A DNA stretch of 64,000 nt from Azolla caroliniana (lineage: Eukaryota; Plantae; Polypodiophyta), in the NCBI GenBank assembly GCA_043228905.1, contig JBHGNT010000010.1, positions 11,098,001 through 11,162,000 of the forward strand. The letters are read 5' to 3'. The position numbers were made by a program, and so were the translations under genes. The notes below the pieces were generated by a model, which searched no databases, was not told the origin of the DNA, and saw nothing but the letters and a program-made list of their open reading frames with translations. Shown in pieces: positions 40,216-49,002 of this stretch (its first letter is position 1; each line of letters starts with the position of its first letter).

Positions 40216-40233
40216 TGGTGAACCCGACGTGAA
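40216..40233 (+). promoter_or_regulatory. primer-binding site complementary to the 3' end of tRNA-Trp
   Basis: TGGTGAACCCGACGTGAA is the reverse complement of TTCACGTCGGGTTCACCA, the 3' end of plant cytosolic tRNA-Trp(CCA) as recalled from memory. The same PBS occurs in G1 and G2. Confidence 0.85.
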
Positions 40234-40255
40234 AGAGGCGGCAGAAGAGTAGGAA

Positions 40256-42382
40256 ATGAAGGGGGCGGATCTTGCAGAGGCCATGGCTTCGGCCGTGGAT
40301 CGGATAGTAAGCGCGCGCGAGGGCACCGGCGCCCTCGATAGAGCTATTGAGGCGGTCGTCGGAACGATCGGTCGATTCACCGGAAAAGATGCCACGAAGT
40401 ACCTGGCATCCTACGGTGCGGAAATGTTAATGCGGGACATTCCGGAAGACAGGCGTCTTGCCGGTTTTCCCCGAGTGGCGATGCCGAGCATCCACGCGGA
40501 GGTGCTCGAGGTGCGGGCGGAGAGCCGTACCTGGGAGGAGTTCGAAGGTCGGCTCCTGGAAAAATACGGACTGGACGACGCGCTCCGGCTTTCGAAGCGA
40601 AGCTTCATGGAGTGGGTGGAGTCTCCCGGGAAAGGAAGGAATGCGTCGGCACTCCTCCGGGAGTTCGAGGAGAACTTCGCGCGCCTTTCGGCGCTTGACA
40701 GGATGGTCCTGGATACAAGCCGGGTCCTGCTGTTCGTCAAATCGGTTGACGAGAGGGATCGGAGTCACGTGGGCGCCCTGCTAGAAACCGAAGACGGGCT
40801 GACAGCCGACTGGGCGGCGGTCAAGAGAGCCTGCGGCCGTTTCGACAAACGGCGAGAATGGGAGGATGACAGAGCAACCGGGTCGGGCTCAGTCGCGGCG
40901 AGGAAACTCGAGCCGGCGCAGCCGGTGCGAAGGGAAGAGACTCGGGAGTGGCTGGAATCCGGTTCAGCTCCGACCGGCGTGATCAGAGGCACGACTGGAG
41001 GAGCTGCGTTGGAGGAACTGACGAGGGCGATAAAAGACCTCCAAATCGCACAAGCCCGCAGAGAAGGCGGAGGACCTGCTCGTGACCGACGGCCGGCGGC
41101 AGGGAACAGGTGCATGTGGTGCGACGGGGTCGGCCACATTCGAAAAGACTGCGGCGATTTCGCAGAGGCGCTGAAGAACCGGGTGGTATACCTATGGGAA
41201 GGCCGGGTTCACGCCAACGACACGAGAAGGGCCCTAAACCGAAATGACGGGCGAGGCGGAATGAAGAGGTTGATGGAAGAGGCGGCGGCCCGACATGCGG
41301 AAACCGTCCACTACTCGGCGTCGGCCGGTATTCGAGTCGGGGGCAACGAGGCCCGAAGAGGAAGCAAAGCCGGATTCTGGCCGACGGTGCTGGAAGGCCT
41401 TGCCGATACGAGGATGAAGAGGGAGGAATCGGACCGTGCGGAGAAACGGGTACGGGAGATGACCGGGTGGAGCGACCCGGTCGAGGAAAAGACGGGCTTC
41501 GTGGAAGCCGCTTGCCAGAACTACGAGGCTCTGGTAGAAGAGAAGCGGGTGGGGAAACCCGGGACGACCGGGCCCTCACAACGATACGAGACCCGGTCCG
41601 GGCCACGACGGGACGAAGCCGGCGGGGCCGGTACGCAAGATAAACCCCAGAAGGGCGGGTACCGTCTGGGGACGGAGATAGAAAGAACCACGGACTTACG
41701 AAAGGTCCTGGAGGAACGGATCCTCGACAGCAAGGTGGAGCTGTCGCTACGGGAGGTGCTGGGAATCGCCAAGAAGGAGTTCCACGACTCCATCGTGGAC
41801 TTGGTGAAACGGAAGAGGCTGTCAACGGAGACAGAACCGGAAAGACCGGTGGAAGTACGGACGACGCACCTAGACGACATGGCGCTGGGAGACGAGTGGG
41901 CGGAAAGCCACTACTCGAGACCGCACTGGGCCCGAGCGACCACGGAAACCCCGGTGAAGATCGGCGATGTCCAGGAACCGGTGATAGCTTTGGTAGACCA
42001 CGGATCGGAGATCAATTTAATGTCCATGGACTTCTATAAGAAGGGCAAATGGCCGATCAACACCAAGCACGGGTGGAAAATAAGGGCAGCAACGCGCGCC
42101 ACCGAGGAACTGCACGGGGCCTGTCCGAATGTGCGAGTCAAGATCGGCGACGTCGAGATTGACCAGCACTTCTTCGTGCAGGAGACGTCCTCGCATCCGG
42201 TCATACTGGGAGAGCCGTACATCACGGCGGCGCGAATGGAGACCAAGGTGCTGGACAATGGTTCGGCCTATGCGCGGGTCAAGAGCCAGGACGGGCGCCA
42301 TTCGGTCCAGTTTTTGACGGTTAGGCCGAACCACGAGCGTAACCGCGACTCCCTCGGTTCCGATAACCGAGAGGATTTTTAG
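40256..42382 (+). CDS. gag: Gag-protease polyprotein (ORF1) of G3, 708 aa
   Basis: Capsid-like N-terminus, CCHC knuckle CMWCDGVGHIRKDC, and aspartic protease ALVDHGSEINLM...VILGEPY; ends EDF-TAG. Confidence 0.93.
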   Translation: MKGADLAEAMASAVDRIVSAREGTGALDRAIEAVVGTIGRFTGKDATKYLASYGAEMLMRDIPEDRRLAGFPRVAMPSIHAEVLEVRAESRTWEEFEGRLLEKYGLDDALRLSKRSFMEWVESPGKGRNASALLREFEENFARLSALDRMVLDTSRVLLFVKSVDERDRSHVGALLETEDGLTADWAAVKRACGRFDKRREWEDDRATGSGSVAARKLEPAQPVRREETREWLESGSAPTGVIRGTTGGAALEELTRAIKDLQIAQARREGGGPARDRRPAAGNRCMWCDGVGHIRKDCGDFAEALKNRVVYLWEGRVHANDTRRALNRNDGRGGMKRLMEEAAARHAETVHYSASAGIRVGGNEARRGSKAGFWPTVLEGLADTRMKREESDRAEKRVREMTGWSDPVEEKTGFVEAACQNYEALVEEKRVGKPGTTGPSQRYETRSGPRRDEAGGAGTQDKPQKGGYRLGTEIERTTDLRKVLEERILDSKVELSLREVLGIAKKEFHDSIVDLVKRKRLSTETEPERPVEVRTTHLDDMALGDEWAESHYSRPHWARATTETPVKIGDVQEPVIALVDHGSEINLMSMDFYKKGKWPINTKHGWKIRAATRATEELHGACPNVRVKIGDVEIDQHFFVQETSSHPVILGEPYITAARMETKVLDNGSAYARVKSQDGRHSVQFLTVRPNHERNRDSLGSDNREDF

Positions 42383-42438
42383 AGAGGGCTGCCAAGGCGT
42401 GGGGCCGCGACAGTCCGGACACCCCGGGAAAACCCCAC
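42373..42438 (+). promoter_or_regulatory. candidate -1 programmed ribosomal frameshift signal (G_GAT_TTT heptamer plus downstream pseudoknot-like structure)
   Basis: Heptamer 42373-42379, spacer TAGAGA, stem 1 GGGCTG (42386-42391) with CAGTCC (42411-42416), stem 2 GTGGGG (42399-42404) with CCCCAC (42433-42438). Conserved with covariation at 3677-3742 and 9003-9066. Confidence 0.8.
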
Positions 42439-45400
42439 ACCTGTACGATAAAACCGAAGAAACCTTGTACCATAGGTAGGGAATTTTTGTTCTCCGACAG
42501 CGGAGCGTGTACGATAGTCGGCATCGGCGGCCGAGAGAAGACAAAGGCGGAGGGGAGACTTCGAGCGTGCGGAGTTCTCGGCCCTGACGAGGAAATCAAC
42601 GGAGCCGTGGAGGCGGTCTCATTCGACGACACCTTGGGAATGCTGGGAAAGGTAGTCGAAGAAGGCCTTAACGAAGACCGGGCAATACCAGTGTGTTCCG
42701 AGGAGATGTACGAAGTCATCGCGGACTTCGGTCGAGGGCTCGAGTCAGTTCGGACGGCCCACGTAAGCACCAAGTACAAGACTGTGGACCGGAAGGTAAG
42801 GCCAGTCGCGGCACCCTTACCGGAGGACAGCGCGTCGAGAATCAAAGGGGTTGCATCGGACCCTAGTCTACGAGATCCGGCCTGCATAGGACACACCTTC
42901 ACCGACGAGACGCTCCGAGAGCTCAAAATCGGTGGGGGCGGGTTCCTACTGCCGGCGGAGGAAGACCGGTTTCGGAGAATGCTCGGAAGGCACGGGAAAG
43001 CCTTCGCATTCTCGCCGGAGGAAATCGGGTGCGTTGACCCGACGATCGTGGAGCCGATGGTGATATTCACGGTACCACACGTACCATGGAATCTCAAGCC
43101 AATCCCGGTTCCGAGAGCTCACATCCCGAAGTTGATGGAGCTGCTGAGGCAGAAAGTTGATATGGGAATTCTCGAGCCGTCGAGCGCCCCATATTCGAAT
43201 CGATGGTTTACCGTACCGAAGAAAAACGGTTCGTTGCGCTTCATCCAGGACCTGCAGCCGGTCAATCGAGTGACCATTCGGAACGCAGGGATCGGACCGA
43301 CCATAGACGAGTTCGCGGAGGCCTTCGCCGGAAGGTCAATTTACTCGGTCGGGGATCTATACTCAGGGTACGACCAGTTCCAGCTAGCCGTGGAGAGCAG
43401 AGACATTACGACGATGCGAACTCCCCTCGGCCTAGTTCGGATGTGTACACTGCCGCAAGGAGGGACCAACTCGGTGGCCCACATGGTGAACGCGATGAAC
43501 AAGGTTCTGAGGGACTGTATCCCGGACATCACCATGCCGTTTCTGGACGACATCCCGATCAAGGGATGCCCGGTGGAAGAAAAGGACGAGACGATCGGGC
43601 CGGACGGATGCCGGCGATTCGTGGCGACGCACATCGGCGACTGCGAGAAGGTGCTGCAAAGGTTAGAGGATGCGAGACTCACCTTCTCCGGGGAGAAGTC
43701 GGCCTTCGGGCAGTCAGAAATCATGGTGGTCGGACACCTGTGCGGACCATATGGCCGGAAACCGTCTCCGGCAAAGGTAGAAGCCATCTCCGCGATGAAG
43801 CCCGACTGCAGCTCGGTCACGGAAGTACGGAGATTCCTGGGGGCATGCGCGTTCTACCACATATGGATCCCGCATTACGCACACGTCGCGGAGCCACTGT
43901 ACGGGTTGCTGAAAAAGGGGCGAAGGTTCGAATGGCTAGACGAGCACGCGGAATCGGTCCGGAAGCTGAAAGAGGCCCTTGCAGCGGCACCGGCACTCCG
44001 GAAGGCGGTATACGGGAAGGGTACCCCGGTATTCATAACGGTGGATACCAGTCCGACCGGGATCGGATGGGTCGTGAACCAGGAAGACGAGGACGGCAAT
44101 CGGTTTCCGATCCGATTCGGCGCGAAAGTCCTCAGTGAACGGCAGCGAGGATACGCCCAGGTTAAACGCGAACTCTGGGGTATTGTTTCGGCGGTTAAGG
44201 CCGACAAAGACTACCTGATAGGGACAGAAGTGATCATCGAGACGGATTGCCTGCCGATTCTCGGTATGGTTTCCGGATGCGCGACTCCGGACCTGGCGAT
44301 GCTCAGGTGGATAGCGTACATCAAGTCCCTGGACCCGGAAATACGACACATTTCCGGGAAAGACAACGCCATGGCCGACATGCTTTCGAGGGCGAGGTTC
44401 GACGACGAGGGCGGCATGGTTTCGGAAGACGAAGAAGTCGGCGTGGATTTCTTCGAGGCGGCATACATAACGACCGACGGGATGAGCACTCCGGCGCTTA
44501 ATGAGTTCGACGCGAGCAAGTACGACGGGGAGTGGCTGCAGATCGGCGGGTTTTTGAAGACAATGACGCCCGATGCGTCATGGACGAAGGACGAGGCCAA
44601 CCGGATCCGGAAGAAAGCATATCGATTCTTTCTCCGAGATGGGCATTTGTGGAAGCACCCGAAGAAGAGGAACGGCGTCCCGCTCCGGGTGGTGGCGATG
44701 AAGGAAGAACAGGAGGAGCTACTGGCGGCCTACCACGACAGCCCTTGGGCTGGACACCGTGGAACGTGGGCGACATTTGAGAAGCTGAAGGGGAAGTACT
44801 GGTGGCCGGGATTGTACCAGGACGTGCATCGGTTCGTGACAACTTGCGAGAGCTGCCAGATGCACTCCATAGTCCGACATCGAGACGAGCTTCACCCTAC
44901 GTACCCTCCGGCCATCCATTTCAAATGGATGGTAGATCTGGTGACGATGCCGATGGGGGAAGGACAGATGCGGTATCTGGTCCTAGCGCGGGAAGACCTG
45001 ACGAACCAGGTGGAAGGCCGAGCCCTTCAGAACAAGACGACCGCGGCCGTGTGTCGGTTCCTGATCGAGGACGTGATATGCCGGTACGGGTGCGTCGGGA
45101 AGATCGTGGCTGACCGAGGGGAGTTGGACGCCGAGGAAGCCGCGGAGCTGTTCGATCGGCTGGGAGTCAAACTCTCGCTCACCACTGCGTACAACCCGGA
45201 GGCGAATGGAAAGGTGGAGCGCGGACACGGGCCGATCGTTAAAGCGCTGGTTCGGGCATGCGGAGGCCAAGTCGGTAACTGGCCGCGACTTCTACCTTAT
45301 GCTTTGTGGGCCGACCGGACTACGCACAGTTCGGTAACCGGGTACATGCCGACAGAGCTCATGTTCGGCCAGAGGCCGATCATGCCGATGGAACGAACAA

Positions 45401-45870
45401 TCTCCTCATGGGCAACGGTCGACTGGAGGGACGAGATGAGCCGGGAGGAGTTGTTGGCAGCGCGTATACGACAACTCGAACGGAGACCGGAGGACGTGGA
45501 GACGGCTGCAGAAAGGATCCGAGTGGCGAGGATAAAGAACAAAGCCAGGTTCGACCGAACGCACCGACTCCGACCGAAGAAGATCGAACAAGGTGACTGG
45601 GTGCTCGTCTACGACAGCAGCCTCGACAACCAGCACCGAGCAACGCGGAAGTTCGCACGGAGATGGTTCGGGCCGTACACGGTACAGAGCGCCAACGACA
45701 ACGGGACGTATCATCTGGCGGAACTCGACGGTACGAGAATAGCGATACCCGTGGCCGGGAAGAGGATCAAAGCTTTCAAGAAGCGGCACGACGACGAACC
45801 CGACCCGATTCTCCTGGACAGCAGCGACGACCGATCCGAGGCCGAGGAAGGGCCGGCAGGCGAGGAGTAA
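42373..45870 (+). CDS. pol: Pol (RT-RNaseH-integrase) ORF2 of G3 in the -1 frame, probably expressed as a ~1870-aa Gag-Pro-Pol fusion
   Basis: The frame is open from the ORF1 overlap (GGA TTT TTA GAG AGG GCT...) through the TTG-started 1127-aa track ORF. Motifs: RT (GDLYSGYDQ, LPQGGTNS, FLDD), RNaseH (VDTSPTGIG, KRELWG), integrase (HDSPWAGH..CESCQ, WMVDL, ADRGE, ANGKVER) and GPY. No chromodomain. Confidence 0.93.
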   Translation, partial: GFLERAAKAWGRDSPDTPGKPHTCTIKPKKPCTIGREFLFSDSGACTIVGIGGREKTKAEGRLRACGVLGPDEEINGAVEAVSFDDTLGMLGKVVEEGLNEDRAIPVCSEEMYEVIADFGRGLESVRTAHVSTKYKTVDRKVRPVAAPLPEDSASRIKGVASDPSLRDPACIGHTFTDETLRELKIGGGGFLLPAEEDRFRRMLGRHGKAFAFSPEEIGCVDPTIVEPMVIFTVPHVPWNLKPIPVPRAHIPKLMELLRQKVDMGILEPSSAPYSNRWFTVPKKNGSLRFIQDLQPVNRVTIRNAGIGPTIDEFAEAFAGRSIYSVGDLYSGYDQFQLAVESRDITTMRTPLGLVRMCTLPQGGTNSVAHMVNAMNKVLRDCIPDITMPFLDDIPIKGCPVEEKDETIGPDGCRRFVATHIGDCEKVLQRLEDARLTFSGEKSAFGQSEIMVVGHLCGPYGRKPSPAKVEAISAMKPDCSSVTEVRRFLGACAFYHIWIPHYAHVAEPLYGLLKKGRRFEWLDEHAESVRKLKEALAAAPALRKAVYGKGTPVFITVDTSPTGIGWVVNQEDEDGNRFPIRFGAKVLSERQRGYAQVKRELWGIVSAVKADKDYLIGTEVIIETDCLPILGMVSGCATPDLAMLRWIAYIKSLDPEIRHISGKDNAMADMLSRARFDDEGGMVSEDEEVGVDFFEAAYITTDGMSTPALNEFDASKYDGEWLQIGGFLKTMTPDASWTKDEANRIRKKAYRFFLRDGHLWKHPKKRNGVPLRVVAMKEEQEELLAAYHDSPWAGHRGTWATFEKLKGKYWWPGLYQDVHRFVTTCESCQMHSIVRHRDELHPTYPPAIHFKWMVDLVTMPMGEGQMRYLVLAREDLTNQVEGRALQNKTTAAVCRFLIEDVICRYGCVGKIVADRGELDAEEAAELFDRLGVKLSLTTAYNPEANGKVERGHGPIVKALVRACGGQVGNWPRLLPYALWADRTTHSSVTGYMPTELMFGQRPIMPMERTISSWATVDWRDEMSREELLAARIRQLERRPEDVETAAERIRVARIKNKARFDRTHRLRPKKIEQGDWVLVYDSSLDNQHRATRKFARRWFGPYTVQSANDNGTYHLAELDGTRIAIPVAGKRIKAFKKRHDDEPDPILLDSSDDRSEAEEGPAGEE

Positions 45871-45942
45871 AGGCGGGCCGGTTTTCTCCGTGCCAACTTA
45901 ATTTGGCGCATGCCGGTGGATGCGCGGTTAGGTGGGGGCGGA

Positions 45943-46638
45943 TGTCGTGAAGAAAACCGCCCACAAGAGGAATCGGAGGAACAAGGCGTGGGAAACGGCT
46001 CTACACACACACGCGCGCCAGGAAGTACCTAAGGACGAAGTAGGTACATACGAGGATCCTAGGTGGGTAGATTCGGTTGGTATGCAGTTAATGCCAAACG
46101 GCCTCTTGACGGGCTATAAAAAGGAAGAGGAAGACTAGAAGTGGGATATCTCGGGCGGAGAGGACGAAGTGCTGCCGAACCGATTTCGGAGCTTCTCTCT
46201 CACTCCTGCCTTCTCTGTCTTCTGCTCCATCGCGTACCTGTGCAGGTTTCGAGGAGGCTTGCGCTGTTCCGTGGAACGCCCCGAGCGCGTCCTGCAGCAC
46301 CTCCGACCTGTTTTCCCTTTCTGTGCGTCGCGACATACAGGGGTCGGCATCTGTTCGCCGCCCTGTTCGTTTTCATTAGTATCTATTTCGTGCCCCACCG
46401 TGGGTTGTAATACTTTAGTCTGTTATTTTCTTGCATTCGTAAGTACGTATCTTTCGTTGTTGCGTCCATCTGCGTCGGCATTTATTTGTGGTCTCTGTTT
46501 GTTGGGCCGTGTCCCTATGCAATCTTCGGTTCTGTGTAATCGGGTCTCTCTCTCTTACTCCTCTCTCTCTTGCTCTTCGGTCCAAGACCCCCGTGGTCCC
46601 TCCTCCTTTCTGCACGCAAGGGCGTAGCAACCCCGACA
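45943..46638 (+). repeat. 3' LTR of G3
   Basis: Near-identical to 39517-40212; preceded by the PPT. Confidence 0.97.
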
Positions 46639-47717
46639 CCGGCTTGAAGTGCCACAAGCACTATGATTAGACAAACAACCGACCTATGATAGGCTTTGTA
46701 CTTTTGGATGCGAAGTTTATACCTACATCGCCAAGGATAAGAGGACCAAGCTGGTGCCCCATGCACTTAAGAGTATATTTCTTGGTTATGGAACCGATGG
46801 AGAATTTGGATATAGGCTATGGGACTCGGAGCAATGACTTGGTCTTCAATGAAGACTGAATCCTCTCTAGCTGATCCTAGCCAACAATCGGCAAAAAGGT
46901 CACCTTCGATCTTTCTGATAAAGAATTGGAAGGAGACTTGCCGATCATTGAATCCGAATCGACAATTCGACAATTAGTTAAAGTCGACCAAGCTAGAGAA
47001 CCCCCTGCCGAATCTGAATCGGCAAGAGGTCCACTAGTTGAAATCGAATTCGATTTGGCAAAAATATTGACAAGGGTCGAATAAGCAAAGATAGCCGAAT
47101 GGGCCAAAGAGAGAAAATCGGCAAGAGCCGAATCGTTCAACCAAGGCAAAGCTGAAAATGGCAAAGTCGAAAAAGACAGAGTCAGAGTCAAATCGATAAC
47201 TCGCCCAAATTAGCTAAGGTGCCGAAAGGCTGAGCCGAACTGGTCAAGGCACCAATCTCGAGGAAGGGGAGGATGATCCGACAACAACGAACTCCAATTG
47301 TCGGAGTGGATCATCGAGATGGACTCCTGACGACGGTTCAACAACTGTCGATCGGACACCTGAGCCGATTGAAGAATCCGAACTGACCAATTCGACACCC
47401 ACGAGATCTAGACGAGTCAGAAGGCTGACAGGGTTTTATCAATCGGGCCTTGACTGCGTCAACTACATGGATGCAGAAGAACCAAGCTTGAAGCTGAAGC
47501 CGCATCAGATGTAGACACATGGATGTAAGCCATGAGATTCGAAATGGACTCTATTAAAGAGAATAACACATGGGAGCTGATCAAGTTACCAGCTGGAAGG
47601 GAGCAACTGCCTTGCAAATGGGTCTTCAGATAGAAATATGTATCCGATTTGGAGAATCCCAAATATAAAGCTCGGCTCATCTCCAAAGGTTTCAGACTAG
47701 AACATGGGGCCAACTAC

Positions 47718-48153
47718 TGTGAAGTCAATTTTTGCTCGTAAGAAAAGACCATGGCAGATACATCAGATACTACGGTGTATAAGAATAAAGCACAATATGA
47801 AAGGTTCAAGAGTCAGAAGACGAATGAGATTGAAGGGATATGAAGTTAGAGGCGTTTTCCAAAAGTAGAAAAAGCAAGAAAATATGAAAAAGGAAAAAAC
47901 GCATACAAAGGCAAAGAAAGTAAGGTAGAGAAAAATGCTCATAACTTCTTCATCTCACACAAACTTGAGGATCACACAAACTTGAGGATATAAGAAAAAA
48001 GCAAGAATAACGTAACTAAAAACCTATAAATATGAGGGTATTCTTAGCAATAAACTGGAGAGGAATAGAATATCTACAAGAAGAAGTGAGGAAGAATAAG
48101 AAGATTAGAAGAAGTGAGAAGTAGATTAGTTGAAGAAAGAGAGAAGAAGGAAA
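47718..48153 (+). repeat. purine-rich insertion (truncated LTR-like) in the copia C1 RT
   Basis: RT coding stops at ...GGGGCCAACTAC and resumes at GGCTCCTTCTCGGCGTTGTG. The insert starts TG and contains CCTATAAATA; ~40 bp of RT is missing, so no TSD is visible. Confidence 0.5.
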
Positions 48154-48413
48154 GGCTCCTTCTCGGCGTTGTGGCAACGGAAGACCTAGAGCTCGAACAA
48201 TTAGATGTCAAAACAACCTTCCTTCACAAAGATCTAAATGAAAACATCTATATATCTCAACTAGCAGGCTTCATGGCGACGAGGGAGTAAGGTCACCTCA
48301 TGTGCAAGTTGAAGAAGAGCCTATATTGCCTCAAGCAAGCACCGAGAATGTGGCATCAGAAGTTCGATACCAACATCCGGAAGCTTGGCAACAAGCGGTT
48401 AGATTCTGACCCA

Positions 48414-48781
48414 TGTTAACTCTTAGGGCCGGACAATGGCCTAACACAGGGTGTCTACGGAAGACACTTCACCAAAGGGTGTTACAGCAACAGGATTAGA
48501 CTCAACGATTAATCCGACTTAATTAAGTTACTTAGCATGATCGTCTTTCATAATCACACACGTAAGATATAACAATTAAGGCAAAACGGTAATTAACACA
48601 GAGAGATAACAACACTAAGCTTTATTAATTAACCGCTATTCATTACATTGTATCCGGGCCTTTAAATAGGTTTTCGGTCTGTATTACAAAACGGTGCCAT
48701 CCGCACCTGTTCGGGATCGGTCTGGATCCGGAACGGCATACCGATTCTGGTCCGTCCGTCCACACTCATAGCTTAATTACA
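48414..48781 (-). repeat. 3' LTR of the Athila/Tat-like element
   Basis: TG...CA termini, adjacent PPT, and TATTTAAA on the minus strand at ~48661-48668. Only one copy in the window. Confidence 0.7.
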
Positions 48782-48899
48782 ACCCCATTCCTACTACTTA
48801 AATAACTCCCTGTTTCCCACTCTGGACTCCTTTGCCGGCCGGTAACACATGGCACGCCCGTGGGACAGTACCTTGTACATCGAATCCACAACCGACCCT

Positions 48900-48967
48900 T
48901 GCTATTCTTCGTCCAAAATATCTAGAATGCTTTGTTCGAGAGTCTCCAATGGTTCATCTGGAATTGG

Positions 48968-49002
<35 letters not shown>

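Larger units (their letters stand above)
39517..46638 (+). mobile_element. intact Ty3/gypsy LTR retrotransposon G3 (7122 bp), very recent, 4-bp TSD CCGG
   Basis: 696-bp LTRs at 39517-40212 and 45943-46638 with only one mismatch noticed. PBS 40216-40233; PPT GGTTAGGTGGGGGCGGA before 45943. Both ORFs are uninterrupted. CCGG flanks at 39513-39516 and 46639-46642. Confidence 0.97.

Noticed and set aside
40216-40233. tRNA-like sequence
   Set aside because: Only the 18-nt complement of a tRNA 3' end (PBS); no cloverleaf, so not a tRNA gene.
42487-42489. TTG start of the 1127-aa pol ORF
   Set aside because: The frame is open upstream to the slippery site, and the equivalent codon is TGG in G1, so it is unlikely to be a real initiation codon.
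40411-45789. Many 60-310 aa overlapping and antisense ORFs inside G3 (and G1)
   Set aside because: Expected shadow ORFs of GC-rich, codon-biased sequence. They show no recognisable motifs and their boundaries are not consistently preserved between G1 and G3.
48695-48741. Inverted repeat GTTCGGGATC..GATCCGGAAC in the Athila-like LTR
   Set aside because: Single copy with nothing to test conservation against; it lies in presumptive U3, and short hairpins are common by chance.
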